Source: Dimorphilus gyrociliatus (taxonomy: Eukaryota > Animalia > Annelida). From it: 64,000 nt of DNA. The translations under genes were made by a program, and so were the position numbers. Position 1 is the stretch's first letter. Every line of letters starts with the position of its first letter. The notes under the pieces are model-generated. The model saw only the letters and a list, made by a program, of their open reading frames with translations, had not been told where the DNA came from and ran no database searches. Of this stretch, positions 51,200 through 64,000 are shown one piece after another. The stretch lies in contig CAJFCJ010000004.1 of NCBI GenBank assembly GCA_904063045.1, positions 1,295,713 through 1,359,712 on the forward strand, written 5' to 3'.

Positions 51200-54100
51200 A
51201 ATGTTACAGCACTTGCCAACTGAAAAATGAATGGAAGATGATAAATGAAAAAGAAATAAACAATGCATTTATTAATTTTGAAAATAGTATTAAAAAGAGA
51301 AAAAGAAAAAACAAGCAATATTTTCAAATCAATCAAATGATAGAAAGAGAAAGTCAAAGATATAAAACAGTTACAAATCCAATTTTAGAAATATTGGAGG
51401 AAACTAGAAATAAATAATAAAAGAAACAGAATTGTTAAATTTTATCGTTAGTCATTCGAGAAGATTTCAAGTAGAATTTTGAAGAGGGTTGCAAGTTGAA
51501 ACGTTTCTTGTGAAAAAATATACTATAAAGGAATCCAAAGTACTTCTTTAGATGAGCAGAAATCCAATCCAAAACTTCCTTGAAAAGATCGAAAAATCTT
51601 TCTTTTATCTTTTGCCCCATAGTCTTGTCCTTGGGAAGGGTTTAAATAGCATAGTATCAGCATAGTTGTTTTAACATTATACGTAACTCACTTCTTCCTT
51701 CAGATAACAGTCAATAAAATTTTCAACAATTACGGCTATAACCCCAATGAAAGTTGCAATTAAAATGATAAAGAATATTGGATCCAGTATTTCTTCTTTA
51801 GTTTTTGGTGCCTCTTGATAGATTGATAGTGCTGTTATGTAATATAAAAAAGGCTGTTTTAGTAAATCATTAGCAATGATTAATTAAGCGAAGAAAACTC
51901 CCTATCCGTAAAAAAGAAATAAAGGAAATTTTAGATGGATAAATACGTTTAAGAATATTATTATTTAAAGTATCAGTATTATTATGTTTGTTAGATCAAC
52001 ATTATCGCCCTGCTGGCCTCATCAGTTCTATAGACGTATCTTAGATCTGTAATTTCTCACTTCATAGCATTCTGCTCAAGACCAAGAAGAAAAACATCAG
52101 ACGGCTCCTATCTTTTATTCCTTTATATAGAATCTATTATTCAAATTTGAAACATATATATAAAAGAGCTTTTTCGCAATTGGATAGGTTAGTTATATGG
52201 AAAATATTCCATCCTTTTAGTTCTTGATACCTCTTTCATAATATAAATGATATTGTCACGCCTTCAACTATTAATAATTCACGATATACGTTATAAATGT
52301 TAAGAGGAATAATTCTCATCATTTTAATAAAAAGAACAGTATCTTCTATATAAAAGGGGCTTTTTTTTGTCTTATTACGAAGAAAACTTTTGATAAATGA
52401 CAAATAGCCTTTATGCAATATGCATGGAAATTTATAACTATTATCAATTTATTATACTTTGGTGTCATACAATATATCAATTGCGGCTCTTTAGAGGTTT
52501 AATTAGGATGTTTGAAGTTTGTATAAGGATCTATAGAGATCTAACAAATATAGTAATTGCTGGAATAAGGAGAAAGATCACCAGAATTTCACAATCCTCA
52601 GGTGTTTTTTTTAACAAATACTTAGTGTGAAAAGAGTAAGGATACAGTGATTCCATTACAAACGTCACTCGTTATAAATTTATGAAGCTCTTAAGAAGTT
52701 TGAAGCATAGCATTTGGAACTATGGCCATAGTACTTTGGTCTACTTAAAAGCCCTAGATAAAAATCTATAACAAACAAACTTCTCTTGCAGGCTGGTACT
52801 AAAGCTCTCCTTTTGAACAATTTATCAATGACCCACTCTTCCTCCAACTTTCTCGCCTAATGCCAGCGAAGAATTGGGCATGATAATGAAAGATAATCCA
52901 AGTTTAATCTAACTGAACTTACGTGAAATTTGAATTGTTCTAAAAAGTTGAAACCCTTCCGAAAAATTAAACCGTAATCATATCTTCCAATCTCGTCAAC
53001 TGAAGTTACGCTGTCACACGATTTTCCAGTTAAAGATATTGCAATTGGAGATTCTTCCAGGTAGACGAAATTTAATGAGTTTTTACCAGTTTTAATGAAA
53101 TCTCTTAATTGAAAATAAGATATCCAAGATTTCTTGCCAAGTTTTTCGAAAAAATCTCTCATGGGCTGATTGAGAATGGCTGTAGGGTGTTCCTTAGTTA
53201 TTAATAGATCTTGCATAGTACTTAATTCTGTAATAAGTATATAATTTTGTAATTAAAAATAACGATACAAAAAGAATCAAATCTTTATTAAAATCATAAT
53301 TAGATAAAATAAGAGAGTATTCGATAGACTATAAGATGCCTTAAAGTGAGAGATTCTCATTGACTATAACTTGTTATAGCTTTTTCAAATCCTATATCTC
53401 TACTCTTTTTTATCTAATGTTTTATTGCGCATCCTTTAGAAATTAATCTATTTACCCAGATTGCTGTAATGGACCATTGTATATACATATGTATGGGCTA
53501 AGAAGAATATACTATGTAATAAACACACAAATAACCAATAAACCTGTATTAGCCTGGCAGTTAAACCTTGAGGCCCCCAATTAACGTACTATTTGCAGTT
53601 GTATATAAAAAAGGTAAACATTCTACTTAGCATATTAATTACTTACATGAAAGAAGATAGAATATATACTTGTCCAAATAAAATCTGACATATTTAAACT
53701 CGTTTCATCACACTCTCTTGTTTCTACAGCTTCAACTTTTGAAGACATTATCGTATGAGCAAAATATGATGACACTCCAACAATAATTGACAAGGGTATA
53801 ATCACGATCCATACTCGTATTGATAGAGGTAAAAAAAATCTAAGATGAAATTTGGTGTCTAGTCAAATTCGTCATATTTATAGTGAATGTAAATGACTAA
53901 TTTCACCTAGGAAGTGTATTTATATGTTCTTTTGCTGGAATTACTGCTTTATATCCAATATTTCTTTGATAGACTGCAAAGTCTACAAATTTCTCTCTCG
54001 CTTCACTTTTTACAAAGCATCCCAAAAGCATATCAGATTTCTATAGAGGAAAGAAAAAAGTTAATAAGCATTTGATTAGTTTTCTAGGTTAACTATATAC

Positions 54101-56088
54101 ATTCTCTGATAAAACTTTAAAATATTTTTCCATAGTATTACCAGTTAAAACAGACGAGAAGTTTAAACTCTCTACCTCAGATGTTAATTTTATCTTAAGC
54201 ATTGAAATTTTATAAATTTTAATCAAATATTGAATAAAATATAAAACCTCGAACCAAAATCTCTCTCGAAAAGTAGCTAAAACATCAATGGCTAATCCTT
54301 GATAGTTTTCCAAGTCTTTATAATAATATCCTCTATTTAGAGCATCTTCATCCTTCAATTTTTCTATACAACCTTTGTATGAATATAAAAGTTGGCTTAT
54401 TGCAAAAACTAATTCTACATATAACTAGAGAAGAAGGTGGAAAGAACATATCAAACCAGGCTGAAATAATACAGGTTCTGCTCGAATGGGTATCTGTATG
54501 TTGCTCAAAAATCCATTCGGAGAGCTAAAAGTTTGTCCAGGGTATCGAATTGTTGCTTTTCTCCATGTAAAACCGGAAGTAGGATTAAATTGACCCACTA
54601 AATTCCATTTATTAATTCTTGAATTATAGAATGTAATAATAGTATTAGATATCTCTTGGTTGCGAAGTTTATTAAGAAATTTATCAGTGCAATTAGTCAA
54701 GTTTGGCTTTGAGTCGAGACACTTAGAATAGGAGTTGTTGATTTTGCAGTTCAAGTCTTTGTAATTAACAAGAATTCTCTTAATTGCATTATCGTAGAAT
54801 GAGCGAACAGCCTTTGTAAGAATAGATGGATGTTTGTGTAGAATTTTATAAATTTTTCAAGACGTATTTCAAAGTGAAAATATAAGTGTTTTAGTTAATT
54901 TATTTCTTTTTGTAAATATAGTAAACCTCATCTAGAATATGCCTTCCTTCCGTTGTTTTCGTTACTGGATTCATACTAGGTACAACATATATTATACCAT
55001 CATCTACATTTCTTAAATCAGATGGTACGGAGATATTCATCATACATTCTTGATCGATGTTTACATTCTGCAATGTAAATACTCTCTAAAAAAGAACTAT
55101 GAATATTTAAGCAATCTCAATAATACAAACGTTTAGAACTACTGTCCACATCCAGTCATATTCCATCATTTCCTTTTGGCTTGCTCTTTCGAGTATTGGC
55201 TTGTAGCAGTTGTCATTAATGAATAAAAGTATTAATCTTGTTCCTGAAAATAATTAACAAGTTAGTGTATAATTCAGATATTCCCTAATATGCACTACAG
55301 TTCATATGTATAGAGGTTTGATTTACCATCTTTTTTAACAGCATTTAATGCATCGTCAATATCGTTTACTGAATTACGCGTTATTCTTTGTATAGATAGT
55401 ATATCGAAGTATTGTAAAACTTTAAAAGATGGATAGGTATCTATTTTTAATTAAATTAAATGAAAGTACACCTAGATTAGTTGTAAATAGTTATTGGAAT
55501 TAATACCTGAATCGTGTATAATTGACAATCTGGTCCATTTAAAATGATGTAAGTATTCAACGAGAGCCAAGTCAATTAGATTTAATATTGAGTGTTTTGT
55601 CTAGATAGAAAGAGAGAGATTTTTAATGAAAAGTTAATGCGAAAAAAAGAAATCTCTTCTGCTTGTCTTTTTTACGTTCTATTAGTTACTTTTATTACGT
55701 AACGATATGAATCTTTAATTCGATCTGAATGAGCAGGCTGGAAGTGAATTATTCTCAAATGATTTAAAATAGGATTAATAACATTAAAAAAGGACAATTC
55801 AGTTGGACCAATGATAACATCGATATTTCGCTTGACCAATTCACATGCTATGGAAATTCATTTATAAATATTCATAAGGAATTATGACAGTATGATTTAT
55901 TACTAACTGTATTTTTGACAATCCAGCGGATTGTCTCTTTCGGCCGACTTTATAATAAAAGTAACATTTACTTTATAACTTTTTTTTCCAAGTAATTCTG
56001 ATCTAGAAAGAATAGGAGTAATGATATTTCTTGTGTTTTTATTACATAAAATCCCTATAAATATAGAAAGAATAAAGAATTGTATCAT
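51200..56088 (-). CDS. Highly divergent ionotropic glutamate receptor / IR-like protein with an amino-terminal domain; 3' end uncertain
   Basis: Signal MIQFFILSIFIGILC; ATD (CELVKRNIDVIIGP, FKWTRLSIIHD); S1 (YQGLAIDVL, DMLLG..EAREKFVDF); M1 (FFLPLSIRVWI); pore (FIWTSIYSIFFH|YVNWGPQGLTAR); M3; S2 (YLEESP, SCD..DYGLIFRKG); M4 (DPIFFIILIATFIGVIAVIVE). Confidence 0.85.
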
Positions 56089-56644
56089 AGATTTTATTAA
56101 TAATTTGTTGTTATTTATCAATAATTCAATATTTGTCACTTTAAAAGTATATTACCAATTTTCAATGATTGACATTCATTGGACAGTAGAATTGTTAGTA
56201 AAGCTGTTAACATAGCTCTTTCTTTCAAGATTTTTGTCATGTTAAAAAGTTATATAAATATGTTTTTTTTTTAAATAAGCTAATTTTAATTTGACGTAAC
56301 GTTTCTCTTTATACTTTTTCTACATTATTTGTAAAACTAAATACCGTCCTGTCTAACTTTAATAATCTATCGCCAGATGTCGCAGCGTTCTTTTCACTGG
56401 AGAGAGGAAAAAAAATATATAAAGAATAAAAAATATTCCGTCGTCTGCTTATTTCCTGTTCCGTTTTGACAAAATTTCCACTCTTTGGATATTTATTAAT
56501 TTTTATGATTTTAAACCGAACTTTTGAATAAATAAAGCATATGCAAATAGCAATAGAAAATAAACTAATATAAAAAAATTGAGAATGAACTTTTGAAAAT
56601 TGGTTATTCAACTAGAAAATGTCATTCATATTTCGTAATTGAAA

Positions 56645-59600
56645 ATGAACGAATCTGATGATGTTAGTATTCTATTTTACATTCTATGACCTTTTCAAAT
56701 CAACGATTGAAAGTAATAATATATTTATAAAAAATAAAAGTGAACGAATATTGAAAACTAGCAATATCCGTACACATCTAAAAATTTCTTTGTTTTTAAA
56801 AAAAAAGAGGCAAGCTTTTATTTTTTTTTAAATTTCGTGGAATAGCATAAATACAGAATTTAACAGCTTTTATCTACTTACCCTGAGCCCTTTTTAAATA
56901 ATAATCTTCAATACCGCAATTTTACAGTTGGGAAAAGTAGATTTTTTTCCTTTTTTTTTTGGAAGGAAAGAATAACACGAGTATTTTAATCTGAATATCT
57001 TACGTGCTTAAGTTGAAGAAACTAATGATTGAAAAAATTTATAATAAAAAAGCTAAATTAAATTGTAAATAACAGTTAAAATGAAAATATAAAACTTAAG
57101 GGCAGAGGTGAAGAAATCAGAATTTTAAATATATAAATCTATAAGTACTTGTATATTATAATTAACGAAAGAAATCATTTAGTACAAAGAGATCTATTTC
57201 AACTATGCAAACTAAGTAATTTTCTATAGTTATCGTGAGGAAATGGAATTCTCCTCTATTAAATACTAGAATTTGGTACCTAATTTCAGTTGTATAAATA
57301 CTGAGTTATATAGCTGTTTATTTATCTCATAGGCGAAAATCGATTATTTGGCAAAAAACATTACTTATGGATAGACTAAAAATCTTATTTTCTTCAGTTT
57401 TTAGCGCTTTTTCTATATATATACATATCAAAAGAACAAAGCAATAAAATATTCAATAATCTTATGTAATAGCATCATTTATGTCAATAAACGTTATTTC
57501 GAAGATAGGCCTTTTGAATAATTAATATATTCAATGCACTGTCACAAATTATTAATGTATAATATACAAAATATATGATATGTTCTTTTTTTTTCCCCTT
57601 ATAATTTCTCTATTACCATTCAAATAATACACGCGTTTCCTCTTTCTTTTTTAAATAAGTAACTTATTATTCAATAGTTTCTGAATAGAAACTTATAGTA
57701 TTATTTGTAGATATCATTTTATAATCAACCTCATATAGAATATCGAATGCATTGTCAATTTTTTTAACTTATCTTTTACCTCTCTAAAACGCTTTTGTAC
57801 ATTCAATCATTATATTATAATTGTTTTTATTGATAAAAAACTCGTTCAAAACACCTCTTTCTTTCGATTTCGATTTATTTTATAATCCGAAGAGAAAATG
57901 TTTTACTGGTAACGTTTTTTTTCAATTTATCATTTCTGTTCTATAGATATCGGACATCCAATCTTTCCACATTGATTCAACTATATGGAAGATAGTATCG
58001 AAAATAGGAAATGGTTCTTGTAGTAATGTATACGAAGTTATTAATGATAACAGTGAAAGAGTTTGTTTTATTTCTTTAAGAATATTGAACTTTTATAAAA
58101 TATTATTATTATTATTGCTATTATAATATAGGCTGCTTTAAAAGTATTCAAGGAAGGCGTTCGTTATAAAAATGTTTGCCTTAAGGAATTTTCAATATTA
58201 TCGACTTTGATTGGATCTAATTTCGAAAAGATTGATAACTTTTGTAAATATATAGGTAAAAACTACCATCAAATAGTATTACGTTACGTTATATTTAGTA
58301 TTTAAATATATAGTTGAACTAAAAAGCAGTATTTTTGAGATCGATAGGAAATACTGTTTCTTAGAGGAGCTTTTAGGGTCAAACTTATACGAATTAATGC
58401 TACTAAATGATGGATTAGGATTTTCTCTGTCAACAATAAAGAAAATATCATTAGATATTTTAAGGTAAGCTCTATTATATATTTTATTAAAATATAATTT
58501 TAGCGTTGGCTTGCTAATGTTTCTTTCGTTTCTTTTCTGGATTCCAATAATTTGTTTTGTAACAAATTTCGTTAAAGAACGAGTGACTTTGATGGTTTCA
58601 TTATTTTAATTAATCATAAGTCTAAGAAGACCATCTATGTTTTAACAAAATTAAATTCTAAATGTAGTTTTACTTTAACTTTTAATAGGAGAAAAGTGCA
58701 CAATTTACATTTCAGAAAGAGAAGAATAAGTCAATGGCAATTAAAATTTTATTAGTATCTTAACGGTTAAAAGTTTTACACTCTTCTATGTTAATAATAA
58801 ATTTTAATTGCTCCAGAGGACTAAATGTTATAAATTAATTAATCAATAAATATTTCTTGTTAATAAACAATATTATCAGATACTTAACAGTCTTCTTAAC
58901 AATTTCCTTTCATATATTTTTACTCCAGTGATAATTTGTTTTTGTTGTATTAAAACAGTATAAACAAGACTTTCTATACCATAATTTCAACGTAACGTTG
59001 TAATATTAATAATAAAACTTTCGTATAAAAAAAAGGCTAGCTACAAAAAAAAACAAATCATAACTTTTTATTCTAAAACAAAGAAATAAGGTTTTTAAGA
59101 AAAATATCGCAATTATATTGTAATTTAAAGTTGTATTATACTTGGAGAAAGATACAAGTACGGTATTTCTTATTGAAGCCAATCAAATACCTTGTTCTAT
59201 TTATATTCAAATGTAATCTTAGAAATAGAAACAAAACTCCTCTTCAATATATTATATAATATATTGTTTCTTTTATGATAAAAAATAACAGAGGTCTACA
59301 ACATATGCATGGTGAAGAGTTTATTCACGGCGACCTAAAAATGAAAAATTTAACCTGGTCTGGAAATAGTGAAAGTATAAAATTGATTGACTTTACACAC
59401 TCCTATAAAAAAAATGATAAAGTTGTAAACATTTTCGTAAGAAGTGATAAACGAACACGTTTCTATTTACCAGGACGTTTACAAGCTACAAACGACTGCT
59501 TATAGAGCTCCAGAAAGTTTTTTATGGAACGAAAATTTCCAGGGTCCTCCAAAGAAATCCATTGACATTTGGAGTTTAGGATGTATTTTAGTTGAGTGTT

Positions 59601-62600
59601 TTACAGGAGAAATTCTCTTTCCAAGCGGATGTAAGGTAAAAATTAAATGTTTTCGTTTTTAATTTAATATCTTTTACATAACAAGTAGTATTTTAATAAC
59701 ATATATCTACGTTACTGTGTGATTATAGTAATATAAACATGGTATAAAGATTTCTTTCTAAAAGAAATGCGTCCTAATTAACTCAATGTAATTTCCAATA
59801 ACAAGAATTTCATGTTCGTTTAAAAAGACGAATTCCACTGATATAATGTTATAGATGTACTTGAAAGAATTCCTATGTTGGAATGGAAGGCTTTCTCGTA
59901 ATTTTCTTAATTATATATTTTAATATTGAAATTAAAACAGTCCAAGAAAATTAAAGAGTTTAGTATAATCATAACATTTCGATTTGCTACATTCTAAATA
60001 TTAAAATACCTCTTAAATTAAACGTCTGTAAGAAAGTATAAGTTTTCATTTTAATATTTTTAAATGTAAATACTCATTTATAAAATTGAAATATTACTTT
60101 TTTAAGAACGTAAATGAAATGGATATAAGGAAAAGATTAGAAATCCTCATTAATCCTAGAGATGAGGATATCAAACTAGAAAATTGCAACGAAATAGTCT
60201 CCAGTTTTCGTGATTTACTCAACAGGTAAAGGAAAAATATTTTCTCTTTCTTTTTTTTTTTTAAAAGAAAATACAGTGATTTTAAAAATGACACGTATTC
60301 CCTACTCTACAAAACTCTTACTAATGGTATCACGTTCTATGTATTATCGTCACCCGAATTCTAAAGGACAAAGCAAACTGAGACCTTTCTTATTTCACCA
60401 TAAATATTTCCTCAATGACCGTTGAAAACTAAAAACTAGAAATATTATTTCCTTTATTATTTTCCTGTTTTTTTTCTTTAGAAAGTAATAATATCAAATT
60501 ATTAACATTCGCTCTCTAGGTGTAAAAATGTAATTTATGCTGTATTTTATAGTATATATATTCATATTCTTAAATATTAACTTGATATTCATATTTAAGT
60601 GATAATTTGATATCTTAGAAATTGACATATATTTCCTTTTTTGTTTAAGCTAATAATAGAATTTGCCTTTTCGTTAAAGAGAATATGCTTGAGCTGTAGA
60701 AAAGTACGAAGAGAATATTATATGAAATTATAAATATCCAATCTATTGATTGTGGCACTTCAATAAGTATAGTATATAACCAAAAATTTATTAGACGACT
60801 TTTCCACGTAAAAAGTTTCTATAGAATTGTATAGTTCTTTTATAATAATTTCGATTTGAAGGGTAAAAATATCTATAAAATATAGAATTAGATAACCAAG
60901 ATATAGTGCTTTAACTGAAATGAATATTTTTTAATAGACATATATATCTTTCACGCAATAAAAGGAAAGGGTTGATAAATAGGAAAGTAGATTTTTTGTT
61001 TTATAACTGCAACTTATTTTCTGATTTTTGTTCACGATATTTATGAAAAAGAGAGTTTTGCTTTTGGTTAGGAATTTTTTAAATTTTCATTTCCATGTAT
61101 TAGCTATTAAATTATTTAGTTTGTTTATAATATGGAAAATTATTTGATTGTATGATTACAGGATGTTAATAGTAGATGAACACGCTCGTATTAACTTGGA
61201 AGAAGCGATTTATCATTCTTTCCATGCTTCCAGCATTGGTAAATATAATAAATATATTTCTTCTCCACTCTCACTCTGTTCTCCCCTTCTGTCTTCTCTT
61301 TCCTTCCTACAACTTATCTTTATTTACACTTTTAAATGATATAGTTCAAACTAATGAGGATTTTTTGTTTTTTCTTTATTGTCAGGTTCTGTTTCCTTTA
61401 AGGAATCTTGTATATTTTCTACACGCGTGATAAAAATCCACTATGCCGCGGACGACAAAGATTTGATTAATGACGATAATTACAACGGTGAGCGATGCCT
61501 TATTAAGCTTATCGTTCAGCTGATTTGCTAGGCCTAGGAAATATTAGACCTATAATTCAGTTAAAGGAGAAATACACAGTAGGTTGGTCCCAGAAAATTT
61601 AATGTAGAGAAAAGAGATATTGTGTGAAAGATTTAACGTCCTTTGGGAATCCATATACTGAATTATACAGATAGGAAAAAATTGAGTGTATATGTAGTAT
61701 GTTAAACGTGTTTACACCTCGAGTATTGGTTGTTTGCACGAATTGTAAATTTATTAATAGACTTTAAGACAACTTCATGACTCTCTGCGAGATGTCATTT
61801 ATTCTGAAGAGGTGTCTAATCCTTCGAATTAGTATACTGTATATGATATCTATAAAATGTATTCTGGGTTAATAATGTAAATTTTTAACAAATTTCAAAA
61901 CATGAATTTACAGAAATTAATTAACTAGACTTTTAGACTCATTCTGATGATATAGAGGAGGCAAGCATTAAAAACATATAAGCTTCTATGGCATATGTTA
62001 GAAAACAGTTTATAATGAATGTCAGCATCTTTTTGGGTAATTAGCCCAATTTTTATAATTTGAGAATGAAAGTTAAATTTTCCTATCTTTTGGAAATTGT
62101 GGCACGAACCAATGAATAAAGGCTAGCAAGTGGAAGCCTGAAACATTGTTATGTACTTGTTTTCTCTTTGTGCTGCAAACAGCTCTCAGCTATAGGCTTT
62201 CTCCAACGAATTGTTTGCCTTCCTCTATTTACGACCAAATGCTTCTTTTAAAGAAACTAAACAATTTTCTAAATGACTATCAAGCTATTACAGTACGTTT
62301 TGGGAGATCCACAAAATATGAAGGAATACTATGTTCAATATATTCTATAATATAATAATCCAAGCACTTAAAAATTGTTAAGAATATTCTTTCAAAAATA
62401 AAGATGATTATTTTCTCAAGAATTTATTTAGTTAATTGAAGAATCTGACAACAATTACATACTGAGTTTCATTGATCTAAAACGTAATTATTACGAGCTG
62501 TTTGTGAAACAGCTAAATGTACACTTACATGTAAATCCTATATATATACATTTATAATATAGAATATAACTAGTAAATAGTTGCAACTGTTCCCATAAAC

Positions 62601-63929
62601 CTGGTTTATATTTGGACCAGATCCATCAACTAGTGGAAGAGGTCTGATAATATAATCATAACTATATTATGATTTAGGTTTCTCCAATTTTAAGCTTAGT
62701 TTCTTTCATCTGATTTCTTATCGCAGTTTGAAAATGATAAATAAAATTGATGATTAATTTCTTTTTTTAATGTTATACCTTTCTTAAATCAACCGCTTTT
62801 CTTTATATATTCTACATTGAAATCTTTCTCTCATTGAAGAAATCAAATTTTTTTCTTGTATCATAATAAAATAACTATAATCAAATAGTTTGTGTTTTTC
62901 TACATTTCCTTCTCTTCAATTTGTGCAAGGAGTGTCTTTTTAAAAAGATAAATTACTGACTACTAAGATAAAGCTCGGATTATTATTGATTTTCTAATGA
63001 AAAATATAATAATAGTCTTTAAAATTGTATATAATCTTCTACTATTATAATTAATGCACCACATTCATTTTACTGATTTTGCTCCTTACTTTCTAGTAAA
63101 ATTATACCAGTAAAAGCTGTTACAACATTTTCTTTTACAGAGGTTTGGATACTTTTAGAAAGCTCTCTGCTTTTCACTGAATAAAAGGTCCTTGACCTTA
63201 CTTAGAGTCGTAAAGCTATAGTAGATGTTAATAATGAGCAGTAATTTATTTTGCAAGAGAAAATCTTAGAACAACTTTTACGTAACCTTCTCTTTGTTAT
63301 TATATATTATTCAAATATACTACTACTAATTTTACTAGTATATCTTTGGAAAAAGATAATCCTAAACACTTTAATTCCAGTGAACTCAATCTATTTTACT
63401 TTGCAAATTAAAAAATGTAAAAATTTTATTGATTGAAAAGGTCAAGTGTTTAGATATTGTATGCAGTAAATTATACTCTAACTGATGCATATATAGACTG
63501 TATTCAGCAAATAGACGTTATACAACTAATGAATCAGATGTATAACTTAACGTAAATATATTTACTAATATATATAAGCATTTACAGCTTGAATGGATAA
63601 GTGCATAAATATATCTTGATTTGTTTTCAGTAACTCATTATCTATATTTATAAACTATAATAAATGATAGTCATAAATAAAAGAGAATGTTTATTTGTAA
63701 TTTTTATAAACATTCCTGGTTTGAATGAAGAAAAGTGTTTTTTTTTTGTTTCTTCTCGCTTAACTAGTTTTAGTCAGGGATTTGAATAGTAATTTTTCAT
63801 ATAGACAATCTAAATTTCTATTTTTTTCCATCTATTATAGATCTAATCAAGAATCTGAAAGAGAAATGTGAAGAATTTGGTAAAGTCGGAAAATGTATTG
63901 TACCGAGAAGCGGAGACGGAAAAGCAAAT
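56645..63929 (+). CDS. UHMK1: UHMK1/KIS-like Ser/Thr kinase with C-terminal UHM (RRM); continues beyond the window
   Basis: GNGSCSNVY, AALK, FLEELLG, HGDLKMKNLTWSGNSESIKLIDF, LQTTAYRAPE, IDIWSLGCIL, FRDLLNRML; UHM exons 61386-61487 and 63840-63929 (DLIKNLKEKCEEFGKV..VPRSGDGK). The first exon (MNESDD, 56645-56662) is less certain. Confidence 0.88.
61988..62355 (+). CDS. Candidate two-exon secreted RFamide-like precursor nested in a UHMK1 intron (73 aa)
   Basis: ATG 61988-62036|gtaatt ... tttctctttgtgctgcaaacag|62183-62355, phase 1/1; MAYVRKQFIMNVSIFLALSYRLSPTNCLPSSIYDQMLLLKKLNNFLNDYQAITVRFGRS..; prediction only. Confidence 0.25.
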
Positions 63930-64000
63930 GTGACTATGCATCAGCACGTTTCGAATTAATTTTTTTTTTTCATTCACAGGCTTATGTTCTTTTTACTGAC

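Noticed and set aside
51181-51417. Plus-strand K/N/E-rich ORF of 78 aa
   Set aside because: It mirrors the T-rich intron/3' region of the iGluR-like gene; A-rich strands give spurious open frames.
111-56088. Idea that KYAT (kynurenic acid, an iGluR antagonist) and the iGluR-like gene form a functional cluster
   Set aside because: They are 35-50 kb apart with unrelated genes between; nothing in the sequence links them.
59855-59897. 43-nt exon-like segment in a UHMK1 intron (tag|ATGTAC..TCTC|gtaatt)
   Set aside because: The flanking exons already join in phase and match KIS; inclusion would frameshift, and there is no independent support.

Overview
AT-rich eukaryotic DNA from a compact-genome invertebrate (mostly 55-150 nt GT-AG introns; probably a protostome, taxon not determinable here). 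No prokaryotic operons, CRISPR arrays or intact transposase ORFs were seen. Eleven spliced protein-coding genes could be assembled by hand: two kynurenine aminotransferase (KYAT/CCBL-like) paralogs, a GRDP/DUF1399-like gene, a FMRFamide-receptor-like peptide GPCR, an IkB/cactus homolog, a GH18 chitinase, an Eag (KCNH) potassium channel, a purple acid phosphatase (ACP7-like), a coiled-coil protein ending in CaaX, a very divergent ATD-bearing iGluR/IR-like receptor, and a UHMK1/KIS kinase that runs off the right edge. There is also an intron-containing tRNA-Leu(CAA). The best-supported unusual feature is a tandemly duplicated 52-nt exon 2 in the first KYAT gene, apparently mutually exclusive, which swaps the N-terminal substrate-binding helix. 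More speculative leads are a two-exon RFamide-like precursor nested in a UHMK1 intron, kappaB-like sites around the KYAT2/cactus/chitinase block, repeated TA-CWG-TA motifs resembling Tc1/mariner footprints, and a structured GC-rich island at about 26 kb. All gene models are manual and unverified by expression data.
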